Below are positions 40,715 through 52,622 of a DNA stretch of 64,000 nucleotides, one piece after another. Made by a program: the position numbers and the translations under genes. Within the stretch, counting starts at the first letter, position 1, and every line of letters starts with the position of its first letter. The notes beneath the pieces are model-generated. The model saw only the letters and a program-made list of their open reading frames with translations, ran no database searches and was not told the DNA's origin. This DNA is from Octopus sinensis (Eukaryota), in contig NC_043005.1 in assembly GCF_006345805.1 (NCBI RefSeq), forward strand, positions 109,182,001 to 109,246,000, given 5' to 3'.

Positions 40715-41590
40715 TCATTATATTAAGTTCTATTACTACATGTAAATGCCTCACACTTTTATGGGACTCTGAAGTCAAACTGCTTTAATAAATATACACG
40801 GTACCGAAAGCAAGGATATGCAACTTGGAAGCTACAGATTTAGTCTCAAATCATTAATGATTTCATGGTTAGCGTACATAATACACTTTCCAATCATCAG
40901 TACAAACATAATCAGAACACATAAAAATGAACATCTCTACATACCAGGGAGTAGCAAGCGTATCCAACAAAGCATATACAAATGCTCACACTTATATATC
41001 CATGTAAAAGGTGGGCTTCTCAAATTACATCTAGGTATACGTGTATAGTCGGAACAATTCAGCACCGAATTTATTGGTTTAATTTCAAATAATATATAAG
41101 GTTAAAATCTATAAGAATTTATCAAGTAGCCAGCATAAAAACCCGGCTATACACGTGTACCGAGATGTAATTTGAGAAGCCCGCCTTTTACATGGATATA
41201 TAAGTGGGAGCATTTGTATATGCTATATTAGATACGTTTGCTGTTCCCTTGGTATGTACAGATGTTCATATTTATGTGTTCTGATTATGTTTGCACTGAT
41301 GATTGGAAAGTATATTATGTACGCTAACCATGAAATCATTAATGATTTGAGACTAAATCTGTAGCTTCCAAGTTGCATACCTTTGCTTTCGGTAGCGTGT
41401 ATATTTATTAAAGTAATTTGACTTCAGAGTCCCATAACAGCGTGAGGCATTTACGTGTAGTAATGACCCTTAATATAATGAATGTATTTATATTTAAAGG
41501 GGAAAATTATGTATTTTGTATTAATTTTTTCCTGAACTGGTTTTTCACGCTGGCTACTTGATAATTTCTTATATAGATTTTATCCTTATA
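40712..41590. mobile_element. Large fold-back of family D, arms 40712-41052 / 41143-41486
   Basis: ~340-bp inverted arms, about 90% identical by eye; the spacer is an inverted copy of the 3' tail at 41540-41590. Confidence 0.8.
41291..41352 (+). ncRNA. Type I hammerhead, canonical core (mirror copy 40844-40905 on minus)
   Basis: TTGCA-CTGATGA-TTGG-AA-AG...CT-AA-CCAT-GAAA-TCA-TTAA-TGA-TT-TGAGA; same architecture as 25031; stem I partly mismatched. Confidence 0.6.
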
Positions 41591-41592
41591 TA

Positions 41593-41634
<42 letters not shown>

Positions 41635-41640
41635 TAATAA

Positions 41641-42040
41641 ATATTAGGGAATGAATCCAAAATTACAGGGAAAAATCAGATTTAGGGTTAAATCCAATTT
41701 TATAGTAAAATATTATATAATATAATTCGAGACAAAACCACTATTTTAAAACCAAACAAGGAAAGACTTAATCAATACATAAAATTTTAATATAAATTAA
41801 ATAAACCGCCACTACAAATGTTTCATGTCTGCTACCGACAATCTTCAGGTGGATTTTCGATCTAATCAGTATCAAAATTTGATACTGATTAGAAGATCGA
41901 AAATCCACCTGAAGATTGTCGGTAGCAGACATGAAACATTTGTAGTGGCGGTTTATTTAATTTATATTAAAATTTTATGTATTGATTAAGTCTTTCCTTG
42001 TTTGGTTTTAAAATTGTGGTTTTGTCTCGAATTATATTAT
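41641..42040. mobile_element. Near-perfect palindromic PLE-tail element (family E), arms ~41714-41877 / 41879-42040
   Basis: ~165-bp arms with a ~1-nt loop, one 3-nt indel and few substitutions. Confidence 0.8.
41905..41948 (+). ncRNA. Minimal type I hammerhead, canonical core (mirror copy 41809-41852 on minus)
   Basis: CCAC-CTGAAGA-T-TGTC-GGTAGCA-GACA-T-GAAAC-ATTT-GTA-GTGG. Confidence 0.7.
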
Positions 42041-42493
42041 ATATATATATATACATACATACATACAGAGAGAGAGAGAGAATCGGCACGAAGAAGAACG
42101 AACAAGAAAAACAATAACGTGAGGACGTGGTATAGGTACTGTACTATAAGATGCTCAGGAAAGGAAGGAATGTATGTATATACTGTTATACAACGCTGGT
42201 CACAATACGATGTACATTGCCTGAGCATTTGAGTCATGTCACTCTACTGGCTAGGCGAACAAGCCAGCATTGCCCCTGATCTGATGCACGTTCCGTGGCA
42301 GGGCTACTCATTTAGAGATGAGAGGGCTGGAGTAACACGAAATGGAATATTTTGCTCGAGAGCTTAACGTGCTATTTGGTGCGGGAATCGAACCCACGAT
42401 GAAGTAATCATGAGTGCAACACCCTAACAACTAGGCCACACACACACACAGATAGATAGATATGCAATCTACCTATGAATAAATTGTAATAAG

Positions 42494-43050
42494 TATTGTC
42501 CCCCATAAGTAATGCGGTTTTATTAAACTCCTATTTTTCAAAATTAATATAAACAAAGTTCTTTTTTAATCTAAAATATACTCCCCTTCATTTTCTACAA
42601 CGCTCTTCCATCTATCTGGTAGACTTGCAAGGTCCCTCTTCCAAAATTCACTTGTCCGTGGCGGAAAATTCTCCTCCTGTACTGTTCTGACCTCGTCTAC
42701 AGAATTCATATTTTTTCCGTCCAAATGATTTTGAAGACTGCGGAATAAATGGACATCAGAAAGGGCAAAGTCCGACGATTATGGTGAGTGGAGCATCGTT
42801 TCCCATTCAAACTGCTCCAGCTTTTGGAATGTCATCCTCACTGTCTGTAGGCGAGCATTGTCCTGATGGAAGAACACAATTCATCTTGAAACCAAAGATG
42901 GTCGTTTTTCTTCTCGCGCTGACTTAAGCCGCTCAAGCTGCTCGCAGTAGATCTCCGTTATTATTAGTTGAATTTATTTTCATGCAGTTGGAGAATGGTA
43001 AGTTTCCATAGCTCCGACGATCTACGGCATGAAAGTAGGTTCAACAAATT
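42494..43050 (-). mobile_element. mariner transposase 3' fragment
   Basis: YCEQLERLK...FHQDNARL...LHSP*SSDFALSDVHLFRSLQNHL...LPDRWKSVVENEGEY. Confidence 0.88.
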
Positions 43051-43329
43051 TAATTAATATCTGAAAAAATACTAAGTTTCCAACATTATTATGAGAGGTA
43101 AAATTGTACGGGTGACTGAGTTCAATAAGTATTTCAATTCTGAATGTTATGAAGCACGAGTTATTATTAAATTACTTGATACAGTTATAATATTTAGAGA
43201 AAGATCTTTTCAAAATGTTTATTTTGGGAATTACTTTTGGAAATAGTTATAATATTTAGAGAAATATTTTTTTCAAAATGTTAGGATTAAAAAAAAAGCA
43301 AGAATGAAGAATTGTAGAAGAGTCATTCA

Positions 43330-43361
<32 letters not shown>

Positions 43362-43471
43362 AACGCATGAGGAATAGTAGAAGTGTGATTGAATACTGAG
43401 AGAGTGAATCAGGGGAGTAAAGTTGAAAAAGTGTGACACACTGAAACACTGACATTCGCTTTCGCATTTAT

Positions 43472-43524
<53 letters not shown>

Positions 43525-43565
43525 TGTGTGTGTGTGTGTGTGTGTGTATACATGCATACACATGC

Positions 43566-43624
<59 letters not shown>

Positions 43625-44112
43625 ATACACGCTTCATACGAACATATGCGCCAGTGTGTGTTTGTGTGTGTGTGCACGAGAGTGTGTTTACAATGAATTA
43701 CCCTTAATGATTGTGAGAAGATTAAGGTGTTAGACAACTCAGCACATCATTTAACTGGGTTCAGATTTTACTATAGCCATTTATATATTGTTACTGATTG
43801 GTCCCATTCAGTCATCATTAAAGCCAAGGCGTTTCACTCATGACGACCTAATCATTTTTCAAACAGTACGTCGCAAACTACATTTAACAAGGCCTATTTT
43901 CCTACTATTATATGGCAGACTACAAATGGTGTATGATTTTATCTGTTATTTCTAGCATCTCAAAGAACCATTTAGCAGTTGCTTCATAAAACTGGAACTA
44001 TTGTAACACTTTTTTCACCAAATTATATATATCGGTCCTTCAGTTTACCTCAAAACCGATATCTGTGTTTTCTATACGTACGTACGTACGTACATACATA
44101 CACATACATACA

Positions 44113-44144
<32 letters not shown>

Positions 44145-44149
44145 CACAT

Positions 44150-44806
44150 ACATGTAAACACAATAGACCTGGTATAATGATTTGGGATAGAGAAGAGAAA
44201 CTGTGTACAGCGGATGTTAACATAAAACTGAAGATGAGTGAAAAAGAGAACACCTACGCTGAACTATTGAGAAATCTGCAGTTACTCTATCCAGAATACA
44301 AGTCCAGATTTATACCTGTAATTATTGGGGCACTGGGATATACATGGTGACCCCCTTCGGTCAGACACTGACCATGGGTTTGCACCTAGAGAGTTACCCT
44401 CTGAGGCACAAGTCTGGGCAAGGTTGTTTTATGGAAGACCAGCAGTCGCCCATGCATACCGGCCTCCCCTTTTCACGTCACCGATGTTGTCCAAGGGAAA
44501 GGCAAGGGCCGATACAGCTTGGCACCTGTGACATCGCAACTCATTTCTACAGCTGAGTGAACTGGAGCAACGTGAAACAAAGTGTCTTGCTCAAGAACAC
44601 AACACGCAGCCCGGTCCGGGATTCGAGCTTACAACCTCACGATCGTAGGCTCGACGCTGGGATATATAACTCACTACCTAAATACCAATTTTGAGAAGTT
44701 AGGCTTCTCAAAACCAGAAAGAAGAAAGTTTATTCGAAGACTACAGATCCAAGTCATCTCTGCAACTATAAAAATCTGTAAAACTTTTCAGAAGTTTAGC
44801 ATTTAA
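44150..44806 (+). mobile_element. RLE-type non-LTR retrotransposon 3' fragment (R4/Dong/HERO-like endonuclease)
   Basis: CKHNRPGIMIWDREEK...EKENTYAEL...LYPEYK..IPVIIGALGY; the frame resumes after the SINE as ITHYL...KICKTF*. Confidence 0.75.
44343..44656 (-). mobile_element. SINE inserted in the RLE ORF with 10-bp TSD
   Basis: CTGGGATATA at 44333-44342 and 44657-44666; tRNA-like head at the right end. Confidence 0.8.
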
Positions 44807-45241
44807 GTATATACGAGCATCTCTGAATATGCAAGTATATACATGAGAAGACATACCTAAAACAAAACATTCAAATCTGCTTGTATGCATACATACATAC
44901 ATACATACATACATACATACAAAAATACCCTGTTGTTGATGTTGAAATTCCAATGAAGGGGCCACGGGTCTCGGTTAGAAACCGGCTCTTTCTCAATTGA
45001 CAAGAAATCTTGAAATAAAACTGAATAATTACATACATACGCACATACATACATACATATATATGAATACCAATATGTAGGTATGTGGTACTTGCTAAGG
45101 CGAAGAATAGAAACTCTTCTAGAATTTTAAAATTATTAAAGTAAGGACGCCCTCGCTCACTTACTCATACATATGCACAGTGACACATTCTCAATATGCA
45201 TAAAATGCAATCACTTTAAATCAGCCAACATATACTCTTAC

Positions 45242-45344
45242 AGGAAGTCATAGGCTGGTTTCCATTCAGAAATAGTCACTAGTTTTGATGTATGCATGTT
45301 ATATCTTATCAGTATGGCATTAATATCAGGGACAGTGTTTATTG
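45242..45344 (-). CDS. Candidate 103-bp exon (INTVPDINAILIRYNMHTSKLVTISEWKPAYDF)
   Basis: ttctactgtatcAG acceptor, CT|gtaaga donor, open frame. Confidence 0.28.
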
Positions 45345-45803
45345 CTGATACAGTAGAACACCAGAATAAATTGCTTTAGAGTGCTGAATATTCTATATGT
45401 GTAAGATGAGACGAACGGATTTCACATAACGATTAAGTATAGCTCGATATTTCAGGATATAAATAAATAAGATTCTGATGTGCACAGATGACTAGTTTTT
45501 TTTAACTTTATTTATTTATTTATTTTGTTAGCACTCAGTTATGCAAAGAAAAGTACCTTCTATTTTATCATAATAGACGTCTTGGAAGATTCTAAATTCC
45601 AAATATCAGCTCAATAGAAATGAAATCGTTTTTCATTTTTGCTTTTTAAAAGTGATTGTATGTTGGTAAACACTTTCTTTAAATGAATTAGCCTTCAATA
45701 TATGCTTGTAATTATGTATGTATGTGTGTGTGTGTGTGTGCGAACTTGTGTGTATGTGTAAGTACATGTTTACACTTTTTAATTTAAATATAACTATAAT
45801 GTT

Positions 45804-46106
45804 AAATTAATTGTTATCGCATATTAATATGGCATTCTTATAGATATAAGAATAATCGCTGCCATGGGCGGTTCCATGAGGCCACCGCCATCAAGATACA
45901 CGATCTGTATCCATTATAACCATAATAATGGATACAGATCGTGTATCAATAGCTATCTTGATGGCGGTGGCCTCATGGAGCTGACCATGGCAGCGATTAT
46001 TCTTATATCTATAAGAATGCCATATTAATATGGCGATAACAATTAATTTCCAGTAAACGCTGCCATAATCTCTTTTATAGAGACTTAGTAATTTTAATAT
46101 TTCTAT
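45804..46106 (-). mobile_element. Fold-back copy of the 2.0-kb family with 14-bp TSD
   Basis: Arms 45804-45917 / 45925-46049; TATAATGTTAAATT at 45795-45808 and 46107-46120. Confidence 0.8.
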
Positions 46107-46129
46107 TATAATGTTAAATTTATATCTTT

Positions 46130-46420
46130 GTTTTGCAAGATTTTGGATGTGAAATCGTGTATTGAAACAGATATTGGTGTATTTAGGAATGGTCATTTTG
46201 CCAGTTTAGCCAATAAAAACACACGCACTATATATTTGGTGTTACTTTGCTTCAGCGTTATTAATTTTTTACATTAATCTTAATCTTATTTCGGCCAGAG
46301 TTCTTTCTTCACATTCCTGTGACCTCATCAGTGGTCCTTTGCTTTCTTCTTTCTTATTTGTGTGCCTCTCCTTACTAACGGTCAGCCATTTTGTATTTTG
46401 TATTCCTATTGTATGTGTCT
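46130..46420 (+). mobile_element. PLE-tail-like element related to family F, with a canonical hammerhead half-core on minus (46289-46331)
   Basis: tttgcaagatt...tcgtgt.ttgaa...gtcatt shared with family F; CTGATGA-GGTCA...TGGCC-GAAA present, but no clear cleavage-side pairing. Confidence 0.55.
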
Positions 46421-46719
46421 TCATTTGCGCATGTGTATACCTCTAAGTGTGTCTATATTTAGTTAGTGTGTGTGTGGTGGTGGTGGGGGATATTTCCTGT
46501 AAAGTTTCGTGCTAATCAGCTCCCACAAGGTATTTCAATGAAATTAATTGGTATCGTGATTGACTGTTATTTTGATAAGTCAATCATTGCGTATTTCTGG
46601 TTGATCCTTCATATTTCTTTTCACAATTATTATTCCCTGTGTTGAATTCATTTACATGATGATGCTTTTACTTAATTTATTTTTCTTTTCAACAATTTCA
46701 AAATATTATTTTCCCCTCT

Positions 46720-47470
46720 AGCCACAAGGCCCGAAATTTTCGAGGAGAGGTTCAATCGATTAGATCGGCCCCGGTACGCAACTGGTACTTAATTTATCGA
46801 CCCTGAAAGGATGAAAGGCAAAGTCGACCGCGGCAGAAATTGAACTCAGAATGTAAAGACAGACGAAGTGCCGCTAAGCATTTCGCCCGGCGTGCTAACA
46901 ATTCTCGCCGCCTTACAATCTCAAAATATTGTAATATATCATTTTAACTTCTGTAACGTTTACACAACTTTGGTTCATCTTTACAAGGCATGGCATAGGA
47001 TACTTTACCGATTGACTTCAGTATTTGTTTTTAGTAGGCGATGAGCTGGCAGAAACGTTAGCACGCCGGACGATGTCGATATAATCGACTTAATCCGTTT
47101 GTCCTTGTTTGTCCTTTCTGTGTTTAGCCCCTTGTGGGTAGTAAAGAAATAGGTACTTCGTCAGTCTTTGCGTTCTGAGTTCAAATTCTGCCGAGGTTGA
47201 CTTTACCTTTCATCCTTTCGGGGTCGATAAATTAAGTATCAGTTGCATACTGGGGTCGATTTAATCGACTGGCCCCCTCCCCCAAAGGCCAGCATATTCG
47301 AGGGAGGAGATAAGCTGATTACATCAATCCGAATGTTTAACTGGTTTTTATTTTATCAGCCCCGAAAGGAGGAAAGGCAAAGTCAATCTCGGCGAAATTA
47401 GAACTCAGATCGCAGAATGTACGAAAAGCCACTAAGCATTTTGCTTACTACGCTAACGATTCTGCCAGCT
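46720..47470. mobile_element. Cluster of S-A SINEs in both orientations
   Basis: Collinear with 4667-4893. Confidence 0.75.
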
Positions 47471-47654
47471 TGCCACCTTGGCCTACCTAAGCACTACTAT
47501 CAAAAAGCCATTTTATATATTCTCTTTAATTCTCACCACACTGACTTTGTATACGTGGCGATGTGGACATGTTCTTTTTTTTTGTTGTTGTTTGTTTGTT
47601 CCTTCTCGAGCCTGGCTCATAAGGGCTGGTTTCCCGGTTTCCTTGGCATATAGG

Positions 47655-47885
47655 TTCCAGATCTGGACGAGATGCCGGTCCATCGCAAGTGATGCTGCAA
47701 GATGCAGGAGGAAAGAGTGAGAGAAAGTTGTGGCGAAAGAGTCAGCAGAAGTTTCGCCATTACCTTCTGTCGGAGATGCGTGGAGTTTAGGTGTTTCGCT
47801 CGTAAACACACACATCGCCCGGTCTGAGATTCGAATCCGCGAGTCCGCTGCTCTAACCAATAGGCCACGTGCCTCGACGTGGACA
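47655..47885 (-). mobile_element. Diverged OR-like SINE
   Basis: gagaaagttgtggcgaaagag...cgagtccgctgctctaacca, as in S-C. Confidence 0.7.
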
Positions 47886-48657
47886 TGTTCTGCATCCACG
47901 AAACTTAAAGTAATGAGGAGCTGAGTCAAACTAAACTTAAACCACCAACGAAATATATTGTGTGATTTTTGCCTTCGTTTGCTCACTCACGTATACATAT
48001 GCACGCACACACACACACATACACACACACACACACACACACATACACACACACATATGGGGGAAAAAGAAGGACAGATAGAAAAACAGATTTATATCTA
48101 GTAAAATAAGTATTTAAATACCAACATATATCCATTTACATAGCAAATACATATACGTCCACCTATATCGCATAGACACACTCTGGATGACATCCCCACA
48201 TTCATATTAATATATACGCATAAAAATTACCACACATAAACCAAAGACAAACATCTACTGCTACAGCAGCAAGTGTTAGTACTAGCTCCTACACTATTAT
48301 CATTACTACCAACACATCTTCAACTGCTCATATAGAAAGCAAAAGAGAAGTTTTGAGAGATAAAATGAATTAGCCAAGTTATTATATGAGAAGAGTTGAA
48401 GACAACGTATGATTAGTGTACATGAGTAGATCGTCAATATCATGTTGTGTTATATATCTTACGCTGTATGATGGTAGCATATAACTTACAAGCTATGAGA
48501 GAATCATAACTCACACAACGATGACAAAATTGTATTTAAACATCATTTCAATAACTCAGTCAATAGCATGACCATTCTCCATTTGTGGAGATCATTTATT
48601 CATGGAGAGATGATGTATGTGTGTCTCTATGTGTATGTATATATGGGTATATAAGTG

Positions 48658-48748
<91 letters not shown>

Positions 48749-48852
48749 ATATATATAATATATATATATATATATATTCTCCCTCTCTGTGTGTGTGTGT
48801 GTGTGCACCACATTAACAGAGGAAGAGAGAAAAATACATAGGATATAGATAC

Positions 48853-48924
<72 letters not shown>

Positions 48925-49083
48925 ATATATATATGGCTGTGTGGTTAAGGACCTTGCTTCTCAACAATGTCACTTCAGGTTCAGTTCATCCGTGAGGCTC
49001 CCTCAGCAAACATTTTCTACTATAGCCTCAGGTCAATGATAGTCTTGTGAGGGGATCTGTTTCCAGAAACTGAAAGAAGCCCA

Positions 49084-49159
<76 letters not shown>

Positions 49160-49164
49160 GTACC

Positions 49165-49345
49165 GTTGGCGATTTTTTTCCTCAGTCTTCCCTTCTCTGA
49201 ATCTTTCCTTCTCCTAAGTTTCCGACGAAGAGCTCCGCTCGAAACGTTAAACCCTCCTTCTTTCCTGAGCGTCCAATAATACTATATTTGTTCCACGTCC
49301 TCGCGTTGTTGTGTTTTTTGTGCTTTTTTGTTTGGATTAACTTTA
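49165..49345 (+). mobile_element. Mini-element (family B) related to family A, in (TA)n
   Basis: Shares the GAGC-loop-GCTC-GAAACGT...tcctgagcgt layout. Confidence 0.6.
49218..49252 (+). ncRNA. Minimal hammerhead-like motif, U4C variant
   Basis: GTTT-CCGACGA-A-GAGC-TCC-GCTC-GAAAC-GTT-AAAC. Confidence 0.5.
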
Positions 49346-49700
49346 TATATATATAAAAGGAACATAGTCTTTAACTATGTACATATATATATATACGCAT
49401 ACATAGCATTATGTATTCCGTGTTCTCTCAAGAAGTTATATGCTGTGGTAGAATACTGTGCGTATGCATGTATTACATCCAATTTAAACCATACACCCGA
49501 CTCTGCGGTTGGTTCTTGGTATAGGGTTTGTATCAAAAGTAAACACAAAAGGCGTTTCAAATTTACGACAGCTGTTCCAGTAGAGTTTTATTAATGCATT
49601 CATTAAAGATTACATCATCATATATAATCCACCATCATGAAATAAAATTCTAAACTATTAAGACTTTAAACTGGTGAGATTCTTTTACATCGACCCTGAT

Positions 49701-50382
49701 GCGAAATTGTTTTCCCACGAGAGTTCTGGACCCCAGTTTTGAACTCATTTGCATACAGCCAATTTGCATACAGCTCAACTATCAAATTAGTGTCCACCTA
49801 GTCACGAAAATACTCTGGTTGAGTTCAGTGGAAAATGTGCGTTGTAGCAAAATCTAATTGTCCTAAACGGGTTAATAGGAGTGACAAATGTGAAATTTAG
49901 TGCATAAAGTGAATGGAGTGCTGCTCACCGATGATGGCATAAGTGTTGCCAATTTGCGTAATTTACTAGAAAATGTAAATGAGAGTAGTTTCCTAATTTT
50001 TTTACTGATTTTGTACATTCCTAATTTAAAATGTTGGTGTTGATCTGGACACATCGTAATCAATATGGCGATTTGTCGTATTGCACCCTCCTTGCTTATA
50101 TCAATGGGTTCATGCAGTATCCCTAATCTCAGTCTGAGCATAGGTACCTAATGTTAGCTCCATATAGAAATGGTGTTCAATTGATCTATGAGGATGATTG
50201 GGGAGGGGGATGTGGTGCTTATGTGAAACCTGCTATATTGTACTCACTGAGTGGCATACACCATTCTATGCCTGATTGGCTGTACTGTAGCAGTACATGT
50301 GGATTTTCAAGGTGAGCTTTGATTGGCTGTATGCAAATGGATTCATTACTGGGGTCCGGAACTCTCGTGGGAAAAAATTCGC
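49701..50382. mobile_element. Unclassified MITE-like element with ~62-bp inverted repeats
   Basis: 49701-49763 and 50322-50382 are inverted; TSD not resolved. Confidence 0.55.
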
Positions 50383-50814
50383 GATCTAGACAAATCTAAA
50401 ATTACTTTGGACTAGTGGTTCATTTAAATTTAGCATTCGAATATATAAAGGAGAATTAGGTGTTACTTAAAACAGGAACAAAAGAAGCAAAGGAACCATA
50501 TAATTATACTCTCTAAATTCACTTATCTAAATTAATTTCTTTCGAAATAATGCAAGAACCAACAGACATTATAATCATAAGTTGAAATTTAAAATGTCAT
50601 CAAAATCCTAGAAGATATTTCTTCAGTCAAAGGAGACAAGTTAAGGGGTTCCAGCCAACAGAAAAAACACAAAATTTGTCATCAGCTTTAAGATTATCCT
50701 ATCCATATGTACGACAGATACAGATACACCCACATACACACATGCACATCCACACCCACATATATATGTATATATCCATTGTCATGCACAATACATATGT
50801 CATCGTTGTCGAGA

Positions 50815-51050
50815 TTATCATCATTTAACGTCCGTTGTCCATGCTGCCATGGGTTGGACGGCTTGACCAGAGCTAGGGAACTGGGAAGCTGGGGAGCTGC
50901 ACTAGATATCAGTCCGATTTGGCACGGTTTCTACACCTTAATGCCCTTCCTAACGCCAACCACTTTCCAGAGTGTACCAGGTGCTTTTGTGTGGCACTGC
51001 ATGGGCCCTTCTACATGACATCGCCATGAGTGCTTTATACCACCAGAGGG
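50815..51050 (-). mobile_element. RTE-tail SINE fragment
   Basis: catcatttaacgtccg...atgcccttcctaacgccaacc. Confidence 0.7.
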
Positions 51051-51106
51051 GCTGGTCTTAACAATTCTGTTGCAGAATGTGTGTGTGTGTGTGTGTGTAT
51101 GTGCAT

Positions 51107-51485
51107 AATTCAATCGTCACTAAGTGTAACTAAGGGTGCCGACGTACCGACATTGCTAGAAGTAAGAGTTAAAGTACTCTTAATACCGTAGGAAGATCAC
51201 AGATGCATACATGCTGGCAGAGGAGGCAACCGTCTCATGCCGACTCGAAAATCCTCAGTCTAGCTATCTAGTTTCGTCTTTTCCCTAGACATCGTGAGTG
51301 AGGACTGCTTGAATGGAACATGTTTAGATAGTTCTGCCTGTCAGCATATATTTACCATAAAAATTTATAAAGGATTTAGAGAAATGCTAATGCATATACA
51401 AAATATTAGTTAAGAGTATTTAACTCTTATTTCTAGCAATGTAGGTGCGTCGGCACCCTTAGTCACACTTAGTGACTATTGAATT
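51107..51485. mobile_element. Unclassified MITE with ~77-bp TIRs
   Basis: aattcaatcgtcactaagtgtaactaagggtgccgacg... / ...cgtcggcacccttagtcacacttagtgactattgaatt. Confidence 0.75.
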
Positions 51486-51553
51486 TTTTCCTTTATGTTA
51501 TCACATTGTGTCTAGCTGTTTATATTAATTTTTGGTAAACACATTAGCATTCT

Positions 51554-51727
51554 TGTTAAAATGCCCACTCAGTATAACAATATAGTTGTCAGACCAGTAA
51601 AGGCACAACTCAGACCGTCTACTTCGTACTCTCTCATTATACTGACCGACTTCACCTTATTTATAGCGACTATCACATACCACACGTCACATTGGAGGGT
51701 TGTACCATTATTACTATTATCCCCACA
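51554..51727 (-). repeat. 3' LTR; PPT (GAAAGGGGAGA) at ~51728-51738
   Basis: TG...CA ends; roughly 80-85% identical to 55836-56010 by eye. Confidence 0.88.
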
Positions 51728-52147
51728 TCTCCCCTTTCAAGATTTTCTTTTTTTCTTAGGGAATATCATTTTATTTTATTTTTTAATAGCAATACTTTTT
51801 ATATCGCCCCACTTCCCTTTTTTAGATTTTTTCTTAGTTACATATTTAATATTTTTTCCTTTTCGCATCCATTTCCAGGAACTCCGTACATTTTCTTTTT
51901 CTTACGCTTGTGCACCTAGGTTCAATCACCTGTAGTGGCGTGGGTACTTGAAAAGTATCAGATAATCATTCTATTCGTGCTTCCATTCTTTTGGGTTCGC
52001 TCTCAACGAATCTTCTTTTCAGTTGGATCATGTCTTTTGTATATGCTTTTCTACTTTTTACCAAGTATAGCATTTTTCCTATGCCTTTGGTAATCACACC
52101 ATCTTCCCAAATCTGTTTTCCATTCTTATATGTCCTCACAAACACAT

Positions 52148-52622
52148 TTACACTGATTTTCTTTCCCTGCTCGGCAGCAATTTGTCGAAGACTGATTTTA
52201 TTTTCCTCGCAGACATCAGCTCCGCTGGTGGCATACCTGCTGGTGTATTTGGATTTCGTGTCACAAGGTATACTCGTAGGAACTGTTGCAAAGCTACCTC
52301 ATCCGAGACTTCCTTATTCGACTTTCTTTGAATTCTCTTGAACGTATCGACAAAACATTCTGCTTGTCCATTAGATCTGGGATAGTATTGCACTGTGGTT
52401 ATATGTTCAGCAGCGAACGTTTTACAGAACATCTTAGATTCAAAAGGCTGAAATTGCGTTCCATTGTCAGACACTATCGCGTCTACGATGCCAAATCTCG
52501 CAAAAGAACTCATGTAAAAAACTTGTCACAGTTGAGGAATTTGGTTTTTACACTTACAAATTCCTGGCCATTAAAATAAACTATCAGCTGCCACTAAGTA
52601 GTATGAACCGTTTAAGGGACCA
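52148..52622 (-). pseudogene. Integrase core (frameshifted)
   Basis: GPLNGSYYLV..DS..W, FARFGIVDAIVSDNGTQF, YYPRSNGQAECFVDTFKR. Confidence 0.9.

Noticed and set aside
44940-44995. CCAATGAAGG...GAAACCGG segment as a possible hammerhead
   Set aside because: No convincing stem II closure or NUH site.
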